Both the position numbers and the translations under genes were made by a program. 64,000 bases of DNA. Origin: Deferribacterales bacterium (GTDB lineage: Bacteria > Chrysiogenota > Deferribacteres > Deferribacterales > Geovibrionaceae). Where the stretch lies: assembly GCA_050253075.1 (NCBI GenBank), contig JBFWJS010000001.1, positions 1-64,000 of the forward strand, in the 5' to 3' direction. The notes under the pieces are model-generated. The model worked only from the letters and a program-made list of their open reading frames with translations, was not told the DNA's origin and ran no database searches. Every line of letters begins with the position of its first letter. Position 1 is the stretch's first letter. Below are positions 1 through 8,884 of the stretch, piece after piece.

Positions 1-148
1 GGAGGCACTCGGATTTATCTATCTTGCTGGCATTGCCGTGACGCTCGATCCATGAAGTGTCGTGTGTAGACGGCTTCTCGGAGCTCACTGCATAAGCCAC
101 AAGAGACGTTGCCATAGTAATTAATAATATTAATAGTATTCGTTTCAT
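1..148 (-). CDS. Secreted protein, probably a c-type cytochrome (5' part only; runs off the window edge)
   Basis: Hand translation from ATG 148 with SD GGAGAG: MKRILLILLITMATSLVAYAVSSEKPSTHDTSWIERHGNASKIDKSECL. It has a signal peptide, and the H..W...HG...C pattern typically precedes CxxCH in small multiheme cytochromes. The CxxCH itself is cut off by the window edge. Not in the ORF track. Confidence 0.6.
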   Translation of the reverse strand, partial: MKRILLILLITMATSLVAYAVSSEKPSTHDTSWIERHGNASKIDKSECL

Positions 149-159
149 CGTCTCTCCTT

Positions 160-1599
160 TTAGAACGCCAGGTTGGCCCAGATTTCGGTCACATAGCTTG
201 TGCTGAGGTCATTATCTACGTCATCGTAGAAGTCAGTGTCTTCACGGCTGAAGTCTATGATAAGACCGAAAGTCTCTGTCGCCTGATATTCGCAGCCCAC
301 GTAATAGCTTCTTACAGAGTCTTTACGTGTGTCTGTGAGATAGTCATACTCATACTTGCTGAATGATGTGCCCAGATAGGCATCCATCTCTTCGCTGAGC
401 TTCTGGCTTAACTGAAATCCATACATAAGGCTGTTGTTGTCCTGTGCCTCAGAGTTTTCTTCGACATCCCATTTATCAACAGTGATGGATATGTATGTAT
501 CTTCTGTTATGAGACCGTTGATGTCGAACTTGAAACCGTATTTCTTGAAATCACGGTTGTCGAAATTCTCTTCACCGGATACATCTTTAGCCTCATAGCT
601 GAAGCCTGCTACGAAATACTTGAGGAACGGCTGGTAAACCGATGCCTTATATCTGTTGTAGCGGCTCTGATCCATAAGAGCGTATGTGATAGGGTTTGTG
701 ACATATGTTTTGTCACCGGTAAGGTCATCACTGAGCGTCTTATAGCCGAGAGTGACAATAGTGCCTGTGGCTGCTATGGAGTAGTCAATGTCGGCACTGT
801 AGGTATTGGAGTCGTTCAGGCGCTCGAAACCTAGGATTACAGAACCCCCTGGGATGAGCTGAACAAGTCTCGCCTTAGTATAATCATCTTCGAAATCACC
901 GGTATCGATCTTGGTGAACTCTGCCTGAAGTCTGGTGTCTTCGCCAAGTTTGACAAAACCGCCCGCTCCATAAACAGATGCATCGTCCAGATCATAATAG
1001 TAGCTCACAGGCTGACCGCCGAAAGCATACAGACCGGCAACATCCTTGATATTCACTGCTGCATCACCGCCGTCAATCTGAAAAGTATTCAGGTGGTCAA
1101 GGTACAAACGTCCCAGTTTTAATGATGTGTTCTTTATCACATTATCAAACAGGACATTACCCTGATAAAGGCGTCCGGACAGTGTGTCGCTGCCCGTCTC
1201 TGCATCGAGAATATCTCTCTGCGCATAATAGTAGTTATTACCCCATTCTTTGTCCGAATCACCGTCAAGGTCGTCTGCGATACGACCATAGATGGACAGC
1301 TTAATCGTCCCCTGACCAAGCGCTGCCGGATCTGTGTGCATACGGACATACTGGAATACATCACTGTCATCAGCGTATTCGTTTGATTTCAAACGAAGGC
1401 GTGTTGTCAGTGTTGTGTAGAGGTTGGTATCATCTGTAAGCCCTACGCCTGTTGTGCTCTGAATAACTCGTCCAGCCGTAATATGCTGAGACCAGTTGTC
1501 AGGTGTGTTATAGCTGTCGTCTTCGAAGCTATAAGCAAACTGTGCAGACAGTAGTACTACGAGGATAAAAAATACCGACTTTCTAAGAAAATATCTCAT
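160..1599 (-). CDS. Outer-membrane beta-barrel protein (porin-like, cytochrome-associated)
   Basis: 479 aa with a signal peptide, alternating aromatic/polar strands rich in Tyr/Asp, and a C-terminal Phe (WANLAF) of BAM-signal type. SD AGGAGG. Confidence 0.7.
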   Translation of the reverse strand: MRYFLRKSVFFILVVLLSAQFAYSFEDDSYNTPDNWSQHITAGRVIQSTTGVGLTDDTNLYTTLTTRLRLKSNEYADDSDVFQYVRMHTDPAALGQGTIKLSIYGRIADDLDGDSDKEWGNNYYYAQRDILDAETGSDTLSGRLYQGNVLFDNVIKNTSLKLGRLYLDHLNTFQIDGGDAAVNIKDVAGLYAFGGQPVSYYYDLDDASVYGAGGFVKLGEDTRLQAEFTKIDTGDFEDDYTKARLVQLIPGGSVILGFERLNDSNTYSADIDYSIAATGTIVTLGYKTLSDDLTGDKTYVTNPITYALMDQSRYNRYKASVYQPFLKYFVAGFSYEAKDVSGEENFDNRDFKKYGFKFDINGLITEDTYISITVDKWDVEENSEAQDNNSLMYGFQLSQKLSEEMDAYLGTSFSKYEYDYLTDTRKDSVRSYYVGCEYQATETFGLIIDFSREDTDFYDDVDNDLSTSYVTEIWANLAF

Positions 1600-1685
1600 T
1601 TCCCCTCCTTGTCTTAAAGCCAGACGCTGATACGTGCTTAAAAATGCACAAATCGCCTGCCTTTTTATGAATGTATCAACAGGAA

Positions 1686-1702
1686 GGTTAAGGGGTGGTT
1701 AA
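1686..1702 (-). promoter_or_regulatory. Tandem direct-repeat box TTAACC-N5-TTAACC (OmpR/PmrA-type operator)
   Basis: GGTTAA at 1686-1691 and 1697-1702 (11-bp period). On the minus strand a TACATT -10-like hexamer follows 10 nt later. The same motif occurs at 6815-6831. Confidence 0.55.
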
Positions 1703-1713
1703 GGGGATAATTA

Positions 1714-2277
1714 TTATTGCTGAACTATTTTGAGGTTTATATATCTATTCAGGATCTTTGCTTCTTCTTCCGAAACATTTGAGTGTGAGACCATAGAGTT
1801 CATCACGCTTTTCATATGGACATTATAAGTTTTGGTAAGGTCTGGAGCAGCATGACATGTGCTGCAGTATTCATAATAAAGTTCTTCCGATTCCGGCACG
1901 ACATCGTCCAGCTCGGGCGAAAGATTGTTCATTGAGATAGGGGTGTTTATCAGAGCTTCTTTTAATCCGTTCTGTATTTCGCCTGTGTATTCAAGTATGG
2001 ACTCATCAAATATTTCTCCGTATTCGAGCTCCTTATGCGGACCGCGATAGAGAATACCTGTATCCTCTGCCCACGCAACGATAGACCCAGACTTTACATA
2101 GCTGCCGGTATAAATACGCCCTGCGACAGCTCCCTCACTGTCGAGTATATTTATATCTCTGCGCAGATAGCCCGTCTTAAAGACTTTACTGCACCCAAGC
2201 ATAAATACGGCAATACATGACAAAATGATAACAATAAACAATCTAACAAATTTTCTCATTAAACGATAATATCTCAA
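1714..2277 (-). CDS. Monoheme c-type cytochrome, probable lipoprotein; TorC C-terminal-like partner of the molybdoenzyme
   Basis: Single CSTCH motif near the C-terminus followed by Met-rich HMKSVMNSM. N-terminal hydrophobic stretch ending in MLGC (lipobox-like). Start may be ATG 2259. Confidence 0.7.
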   Translation of the reverse strand: MRYYRLMRKFVRLFIVIILSCIAVFMLGCSKVFKTGYLRRDINILDSEGAVAGRIYTGSYVKSGSIVAWAEDTGILYRGPHKELEYGEIFDESILEYTGEIQNGLKEALINTPISMNNLSPELDDVVPESEELYYEYCSTCHAAPDLTKTYNVHMKSVMNSMVSHSNVSEEEAKILNRYINLKIVQQ

Positions 2278-2309
2278 AACTCGGAGATGTCAATTATCCG
2301 AACAAAACT

Positions 2310-4688
2310 TTACATATTAGACGGTATAATCTCCGGATTAATATAAGCAGTATTTGCTTTAACTTCACCTTTCAGTTTCTTTATAGAAACCAGACATGAA
2401 TGTGCAGAGCATGCCTGTGCCAGCTCTGAGGTTGCTATGTCGGATGTCAGTACATTTGCATTACCGTTGAGGCATCTCGTACCTATCCTGCCGGGGATCT
2501 CCGGCGCATACCATGCTCCCTCGTCTACACGTATCACACTCTCCATTACATCGTTACTGATGACAGCACAGCAGACTATTGCTCCCCTGTCATTGTATAT
2601 CTCTACGTTGTCTCCGTTCTCTATCCCGTATCTCTGAGCATCTTTCGGGTTCAGCACCACGGGCTCTCTTCCGTTCACCTTATAAATGCTGGCAAACGGC
2701 ATGTTATCCAGCTGGGAATGAAGTCTGTACCTCGGATGCAGAGACAGCAAATGGAACGGATGCTTCTCTGCGAGGTCTCCGCCGAGCCATTCTTCAGGCT
2801 CCATCCATGTGGGGTGTCCTTTACAGTCTTTATAGCCGTAGCTGGCCACCTTCTCCGAATGTATCTCTATCTTACCCGACGGTGTGAAGACAGGGTTCTT
2901 CTTAGGGTCTGCGATAAAACCGCCGAGGTGGATATAGTTTTTGACCTCTTCTGTCTTTTCAAAAGCGATGTAGCCCCTCTCCCAGAATTCTTCGAAAGGA
3001 ACATCAAAACCTGCGGATTCATAGCTCCATTTAACCCAGTCAAAGTTGCTCCGCCCTTCGGTAAACTTATCTTCGAAACCGAGACGCTTCGCAAGCTGGG
3101 CAAATATCCAGTAATCACAGTGCGAGTTCTGCGCGGGGTCGACAACCTTCTTCAATGCCCACACGTGGGAAACGCTGTATTCATGGCTGATGCCGAGGTC
3201 GTCCCTCTCCATCTGTGTATTAACGGGTAAAACGATGTCGGAGAATCTTGCCGTAGGTGTCCAGAATATCTCATGTGTTATAACAGTTTCGACATTTCTC
3301 ATCCCCTTGAGGAAGTAGTTAGTATCCTGATGATGAGTAATAGCGTTCGCACCCGAGCAATGGATGAGATTTACTCTGGGATAAGTTATCTTTCCGCCGT
3401 TAAAGTCTATCGTCTTCCCCGGGTTCATGAGCATATCGCCCACACGGGACGCAGGGATGACGGTTCTTGCGGGGTTTCTCCCCTGAGGCACACGTTTGGG
3501 CACATTTCTCCCTGAGAGAGATGTCCAGTTACCGCCGATGTTCAGCCCGCCCCCGGGGGTTCCTATGTTGCCCGCCATGGATGCCAGCGCAAGCAGGCTC
3601 CAGTGGAACTGTTCGCCGTGCTGCTGTCTCTGAGGACCGTACATGCTGATAATGAGCGAATCATTCCTTAAAAGGAGCTCCGCCAGCCTTACTATGTCTT
3701 CCTTTGAGACACCGCATATGCTCTCTGCCCACTGGGGGGTCTTTCTCTGCCCGTCTGATTCGCCTGTTAAGTATTCTCTGAAATCGTCGAACCCTACAGT
3801 GTATTTATCTATGAATTTTTTACTGTATTTTCCTGATGAATAGAGGTGCTCGCACATGGCTATTATCATGGCTATATCCGTCCCCGGTTTAACCTTGATC
3901 CACTCTGCGCCCAGCTCTTTTGCAGTATCGTTATTAACAGGGTCGATGTTCACAAACTTCACCCCTGCCTTTTTCATCTCTCTGTACCACTCTGTTTTCT
4001 GAAAGATAGGTACACCGTATTCTATAAGAAATGATTTAAGAGGATCCATCCCCCACAAAATGACAGTCTTCGTATTCTTCAGTATGACCTCATAGGCTGT
4101 CTGTCTGCCGTATACGCCCAGCGGCCCCATCACATAAGGAAGTATTCTCTTCGAAGCCCCTGCGGAATAGTCGCCTATTGTATCCGTAAAACCGCCGAAC
4201 AAACCGAGGAAACGCCCCTGCATGGTGTTAGGTCTGTTTATTATCCCCGATGTGCCCCACCCTGCGAAGGATGTCCTGAATATGGCTTCGTTACCGTATC
4301 TATGCTTTGTCTCTTTCAGCTTTTCCGCTATCAGATCAAGTGCGGTATCCCAGCTCACCTCAACAAACGGCTCGGCTCCGCGCAAATCTATCTCTTTTCG
4401 CCCTTCCAGATAGCTCTTTCTTACACATGGATTTTGTATTCTATTGGGAGAATTGACGAAATCTGCCATGCTTTTCAGCATGGGTCTCATCTTGTTTATC
4501 AAAGGATGCGGTCTGACATCCACCATACGGCCGCCCTTAACCACAGCCTCCATCGGACCAAAGTGCGTACCGTGAGAGACTATCTTTTCAGTTTCTGCTG
4601 CCGCTATAGCATCCAGACTGCTCCCGGCGAAAGCCGCTGCCGCCGCCGTTAACTTCATAAAATCCCTTCTGCTAACCCCGTTTCCCAT
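2310..4688 (-). CDS. Periplasmic molybdopterin oxidoreductase, TMAO/DMSO/biotin sulfoxide reductase family (TorA/BisC-like)
   Basis: TAT signal SRRDFMK; no N-terminal Fe-S cysteines; Ser-ligand motif GDYSAGA; FVEVSWDTALD, TPSGKIEI and RLHSQL motifs; C-terminal MGD-binding domain. Confidence 0.9.
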   Translation of the reverse strand: MGNGVSRRDFMKLTAAAAAFAGSSLDAIAAAETEKIVSHGTHFGPMEAVVKGGRMVDVRPHPLINKMRPMLKSMADFVNSPNRIQNPCVRKSYLEGRKEIDLRGAEPFVEVSWDTALDLIAEKLKETKHRYGNEAIFRTSFAGWGTSGIINRPNTMQGRFLGLFGGFTDTIGDYSAGASKRILPYVMGPLGVYGRQTAYEVILKNTKTVILWGMDPLKSFLIEYGVPIFQKTEWYREMKKAGVKFVNIDPVNNDTAKELGAEWIKVKPGTDIAMIIAMCEHLYSSGKYSKKFIDKYTVGFDDFREYLTGESDGQRKTPQWAESICGVSKEDIVRLAELLLRNDSLIISMYGPQRQQHGEQFHWSLLALASMAGNIGTPGGGLNIGGNWTSLSGRNVPKRVPQGRNPARTVIPASRVGDMLMNPGKTIDFNGGKITYPRVNLIHCSGANAITHHQDTNYFLKGMRNVETVITHEIFWTPTARFSDIVLPVNTQMERDDLGISHEYSVSHVWALKKVVDPAQNSHCDYWIFAQLAKRLGFEDKFTEGRSNFDWVKWSYESAGFDVPFEEFWERGYIAFEKTEEVKNYIHLGGFIADPKKNPVFTPSGKIEIHSEKVASYGYKDCKGHPTWMEPEEWLGGDLAEKHPFHLLSLHPRYRLHSQLDNMPFASIYKVNGREPVVLNPKDAQRYGIENGDNVEIYNDRGAIVCCAVISNDVMESVIRVDEGAWYAPEIPGRIGTRCLNGNANVLTSDIATSELAQACSAHSCLVSIKKLKGEVKANTAYINPEIIPSNM

Positions 4689-4700
4689 CTTGTAACCCCT

Positions 4701-6050
4701 TTAGTTCATCTGCTCCATAGCGAGGGTCGCACAACCGTCGCAGGAGTCTTCACCATTGAAACAAATCCTTGCTTTTGTTCCGGTGTTTACTTCTGAATGT
4801 ATGTATAAAATCCACCCCAGACTTATACACAGCCTTTTAACAATCGAAATACCGAGTCCGAACCCTTCTTTAGAAGACTTAACTTTACCCTCTTTAAGCT
4901 TCATAAGGACTTCGGGTCTGATACCCCGCCCCGAATCATTTACCTGAAAACATGTCTTATTTACATAAATGTTGACATAGCCTTCGTCCGTATAAGTGAA
5001 TGCATTTCGAATAATGTTCGCTATCAATATCTTGATCAGCTGAGGCTCGGCCTCTATCATTACCCCTTCGTCGAAAACATTCACCAGTATCTTCTTCTTT
5101 TCTACCAGATAGCTCTGCTCCTGTATGACCTCTTTCACGAGATCGCCCATATTGATGCTTTCTTTTTTGAACTGAGACAGGTTGTTCTGCCTTGAAAGCC
5201 ACAGGAAGGACTTTATCAGGTGCTCCATATTTGCCGTCGCCCTTGTTATCCTGCCCAGCACACGGCTCGTCTTCTCATCAAGATCGGGCTTCATCGCATC
5301 CAGAAGCTCCAACGCATTCTTTATGGTTGTCACAGGTGTTCTCAGCTCGTGGGAAGCATCCCTCGCAAAGGACGTCTCCCGCTCTATCGAATCCTGCATA
5401 TTATTCACGGATGTTTTAAGCGTTGCAGCGAGGAACCCGACCTCGTCCTGATGAAAATTACTGTCGAAATCATCAGGCAGCTTCTGTTTCGGCTTCGTAT
5501 TCCGCATTATCTTTTCGAGCCTTAGCACAGGCCCTATCACTTTATTAGCTGTGATCAGCCCCAGACTGACCCCGAGTATAAGGATCGGAAGCAGTGTGAG
5601 GAGGATAGTCGCCTGAAGAGACTTGAGGGATTCGTCGTGGTCATTCAGCCTTGTAACGTTATACAGGAGATAAAAGTTCTCTCCGTCAGGCAGCGGTTTT
5701 ATCAGGATGCAGTACTGCTGTTTGTCATTGTCTGCGAAATATGTCCCCGGTCTCAGCTCGCAGAACCTCTCTTTGACCCATTTCGGCAGGAGCTCGTCTC
5801 CGTAGTAATAGGTTGTAAACGGTGAAGAAGACCTCACGGAGTTAAACGAGTTCGATGCGGGAGCCGTGAAACTTGATAAATAATCAGCCAGATAATACTC
5901 GGCCTCTATCTTTATCCTGTTTCGCTGAGAGCGTTCCTCGCTGTATTGCGTTGCGAGGATAACACCGCCCACAGTAAGACTGCTCAGGAAGATGCTGAAC
6001 CCTATGAACGCAATAATAATTTTTGTGCGTAGATTCATACTGCGTATCAA
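4701..6050 (-). CDS. Sensor histidine kinase (ColS-like)
   Basis: Two TM segments, HAMP-like linker, H-box ASHELRTP, N-box NIIRNA, G boxes DSGRGI and GFGLGISIV. Confidence 0.9.
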   Translation of the reverse strand: MIRSMNLRTKIIIAFIGFSIFLSSLTVGGVILATQYSEERSQRNRIKIEAEYYLADYLSSFTAPASNSFNSVRSSSPFTTYYYGDELLPKWVKERFCELRPGTYFADNDKQQYCILIKPLPDGENFYLLYNVTRLNDHDESLKSLQATILLTLLPILILGVSLGLITANKVIGPVLRLEKIMRNTKPKQKLPDDFDSNFHQDEVGFLAATLKTSVNNMQDSIERETSFARDASHELRTPVTTIKNALELLDAMKPDLDEKTSRVLGRITRATANMEHLIKSFLWLSRQNNLSQFKKESINMGDLVKEVIQEQSYLVEKKKILVNVFDEGVMIEAEPQLIKILIANIIRNAFTYTDEGYVNIYVNKTCFQVNDSGRGIRPEVLMKLKEGKVKSSKEGFGLGISIVKRLCISLGWILYIHSEVNTGTKARICFNGEDSCDGCATLAMEQMN

Positions 6051-6730
6051 ATGTCTATTTCCTCAGCAGAGATGAGGTATCCCCTGCCCCTGATACTGTG
6101 TAAAAGCTGCTTTTCGAAAGGCTTATCAACAAGCTGGCGCAGTGTATGCAGATGAACCTTAAGCGAGCCTGTCATCGGCGGCTCGTCCTTCCATATAGCG
6201 TATTCCAGCTCATCTTTTGTCACTATTCCGGGATAGTTTTCCATCAGTTTCAGCAATATGGTGAAGCATATAGGCGGGAGCAGTATCGTTTTATTTCCTC
6301 TGATCACCGTACCTTCATCGGGGCAGACGCAGAGGTCTTCCACGCAGAATTTCATTACCATATGCTTGTTCGCCCTTTTTTCAAGAGCCTCCAGCCTCAT
6401 CTTCAGCTCTGCCAGCTCAAAAGGCTTCGACAGATAGTCGTCTGTGCCCGACTGGAACCCTTCCAGCTTATCGGAAAGCATAGACCTCGCTGTCAGCATT
6501 ATGATCGGTATTCCCATGTGGAATTTCTGCCTGATGAGCTTACATACCTCAAAGCCGTCTATTCCGGGGAGATTTATATCAAGGATGACAGACTCATAGT
6601 GTGAGTCATGAAGGAACTCGACCGCCGCTTCGCCCGATGTCGCATAGTCCACGCTATGCCCCTGCAGCTCAAGGTAGTCTATGACATTTTCAGCCAGGTC
6701 CAGGTCATCTTCAACTAACAGAATTTTCAT
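6047..6730 (-). CDS. OmpR-family response regulator (ColR-like)
   Basis: Receiver motifs LLVEDD, LDINLPGIDG and DDYLSKPF; C-terminal winged helix with IRGRGY; 4-nt overlap with the kinase. Confidence 0.92.
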   Translation of the reverse strand: MKILLVEDDLDLAENVIDYLELQGHSVDYATSGEAAVEFLHDSHYESVILDINLPGIDGFEVCKLIRQKFHMGIPIIMLTARSMLSDKLEGFQSGTDDYLSKPFELAELKMRLEALEKRANKHMVMKFCVEDLCVCPDEGTVIRGNKTILLPPICFTILLKLMENYPGIVTKDELEYAIWKDEPPMTGSLKVHLHTLRQLVDKPFEKQLLHSIRGRGYLISAEEIDI

Positions 6731-6814
6731 AAAAGTAACCTTTGCTTATATTAATATTGCCCAGAAACCAGCATTTACAACGTTTAATATTTGGATTTAT
6801 ATTATGCTCCTTTC

Positions 6815-6831
6815 GGTTAATGCAAGGTTAA
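6815..6831 (-). promoter_or_regulatory. Tandem direct-repeat box TTAACC-N5-TTAACC upstream of the response regulator (probable autoregulatory site)
   Basis: GGTTAA at 6815-6820 and 6826-6831. On the minus strand TAATAT follows 10 nt later, with CATAAT overlapping it. Confidence 0.55.
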
Positions 6832-6886
6832 GAACGGGCACTATGCCCACATCTATCGTTTGGTAATATATAGATTCATAATAATC

Positions 6887-6914
6887 TTGCAAATTTTATG
6901 ATTAACGTTATAGT
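6887..6914 (+). promoter_or_regulatory. Sigma70-type promoter upstream of ssrA
   Basis: TTGCAA (6887-6892), 16-nt spacer, TATAGT (6909-6914). Confidence 0.5.
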
Positions 6915-7101
6915 ATTTGCATAGCAGAAATATCGCCTGCATGATCTTATGGTTGTGCAGGCATTTTTCGCTGTAATGTCCTGAAAGTTTATATTTCCAA
7001 AGTCATCGGATATGACTAGCGAAGCGGGAGTGAACCTTGCTTTTAACAAGGCGACTGACCGAATAAATTTTCTAGGACAGAAAATTTATCTAACCTAATA
7101 A

Positions 7102-7450
7102 GGGGGCGCACGGTTTCGACGGGGGATCGTAGGTCTCTAGGTGCATGTCCGGGGCGGCAACCCGGTTAGCAAGCCAACGCAAGTAATTGCAAACGACGAA
7201 TACGCACTCGCTGCTGCTTAATTAGTGGCGATGTCCTCTGCGAAGGCATTCCTGCGGTCTTGTAGAGGGCACAAACTTTAGTGGGATAGCTTGGTGTGAT
7301 GCCTCGGGCACCCGGCGAAACTTAGAGGATGCTCCATATGGTTGGGCCGTCTTTGCCCCTGCCATGTGGCTAAGATTAATGCGAAGACTAAACATGTAGT
7401 ACCTTTGACTGAAAATGCTTCGGACGTGGGTTCGATTCCCACCGCCTCCA
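7102..7450 (+). ncRNA. ssrA: tmRNA
   Basis: 5' GGGGGCG pairs with 3' CGCCTCC-A and includes the G3:U alanine determinant. Also GGTTTCGAC at the 5' end, T-arm GTGGGTTCGATTCCCAC, and tag reading frame ANDEYALAAA-stop at 7189-7221. CCA is not encoded. Confidence 0.97.
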
Positions 7451-7460
7451 TTTTTATTCT

Positions 7461-7595
7461 CTTTATTATCAATGACTTATATTTCTATTAGGCCGTTTTC
7501 GTAATTTTCTCGTACAGAATTTCTTTTATTTATCAATAACTTACAAGAGGCATGTTTCACAAATAAGTTAACTGCTTTATTATAAATGATTTAAC
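7461..7595. repeat. Three imperfect direct repeats (TTATCAATGACTTA-like) resembling integrase arm-type sites
   Basis: ctttattatcaatgactta (from 7461), tttatttatcaataactta (from 7525) and ctttattataaatgattta (from 7575), directly 3' of ssrA. Confidence 0.5.
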
Positions 7596-7750
7596 TTGGT
7601 TTTTCGGTTAATTACACACTAAATCATTGTATTTCATACACACAAAAGGAATGATATAGCTATCGTGAGACCTTTCACTATGTCATATGCGACTTGTTAT
7701 CTTTTCACACAATATGGTATATCTGTATCAATGATCACGAGGGTATTAAT

Positions 7751-8833
7751 TTGCTGTGCGATATTAAAGAATGGGCTTATGATAGCGTTTTTCTTTACCC
7801 GTTAATCTTATCCTTACTTTCGGCATTCATTTTCTGGATCACTTTTTCAGTCATTCCACACTACAGAAAGAAGAGAAAGATAAGGGTTATAACGGATGTA
7901 AAATATATGAAAATATATCATACCCTTTTTCATATTTTTGATCTGATCATGAAACTTCGTACATATTCACCATCTTTTTATCAGCATGAAATCCGTGCAG
8001 GACAATTAACCGAAGAAAAAATAAGAATGGGGCTACAAAATAAATGCTTAAGCGAAAAATATCTTTATGACCCAAATGTAAGTAAGTCATTGATAATTAT
8101 TGGACCCAAAATATACGAATACACAGTCACCATCGAAAAAATCACACGAAACATCACCGAATTTAATAATTATCTTTCGATTAGGGAAATCCAAATACTT
8201 GAAGAGATTCTGTTAGAATTAAAAACATACAATTATACTGACTTAGGTTTTGATGATATGAGCACCCATTTTGAACAGGGTTTATACCCGGTAGTGAGCA
8301 ACATGGGCTCCCATTCTAAAATGTTCTTCAAACTCTATTTGTTAACTATTGAGTTGCAAAAAATGGTATTCAGAAATAAATATACACGCAACACACTAGC
8401 CACAACATTTGTTCAATATAACTTTTACAAGGGCAACTACTCAAAAACCATAAGACTTGCCAAGAAATTTTCGAAGAAATTCCCTACACATAAATATTTT
8501 TACCAATTATACTGGTTTCAAAGCCTTTATAAACAAGGCAAAAAAAACAAGGCATACATACTACTCGACAAAATACTGTCTGACAACCATACAACAAAGC
8601 CCGTGTCTCATAGGAGTTTTTTGGAAAACTCTCTCAATGACCAAGAAATACTTTCCATCTTGAATAAATATTACGATAAAGAAGACATTGATTACATGCA
8701 CAAAACGATTAAAGACGAACAGTTTGCACAAGAAAAATTTGAAGAGCTTTGTGATGTAATACAAAAATATTTTGAGGATAAACTCAAGAAGCCACACCCA
8801 GTCAATCCAGACATATTTAAAAACCTAAAATAA
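7751..8833 (+). CDS. Hypothetical AT-rich protein with an N-terminal TM helix and a TPR-like C-terminal region
   Basis: Long open frame (ORF track from 7694). Likely start is TTG 7751 after GAGGG. Hydrophobic LYPLILSLLSAFIFWITF; helical NFYKGNYSKTIRLA/SLYKQGKKNKAY segments. Codon usage is visibly more AT-rich than the neighbours. Confidence 0.7.
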   Translation: MLCDIKEWAYDSVFLYPLILSLLSAFIFWITFSVIPHYRKKRKIRVITDVKYMKIYHTLFHIFDLIMKLRTYSPSFYQHEIRAGQLTEEKIRMGLQNKCLSEKYLYDPNVSKSLIIIGPKIYEYTVTIEKITRNITEFNNYLSIREIQILEEILLELKTYNYTDLGFDDMSTHFEQGLYPVVSNMGSHSKMFFKLYLLTIELQKMVFRNKYTRNTLATTFVQYNFYKGNYSKTIRLAKKFSKKFPTHKYFYQLYWFQSLYKQGKKNKAYILLDKILSDNHTTKPVSHRSFLENSLNDQEILSILNKYYDKEDIDYMHKTIKDEQFAQEKFEELCDVIQKYFEDKLKKPHPVNPDIFKNLK

Positions 8834-8864
8834 AGCTCATTGGGTTGTAAGCTAAAGACAATAA

Positions 8865-8884
8865 GAGGGAGCTTTCGCTCCCTC
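8865..8884 (-). terminator. Hairpin, probable intrinsic terminator
   Basis: GAGGGAGC-TTTC-GCTCCCTC. A U-rich tail is present only on the minus strand. Confidence 0.5.

Noticed and set aside
7278..7472. 64-aa minus-strand ORF
   Set aside because: Antisense shadow of tmRNA.
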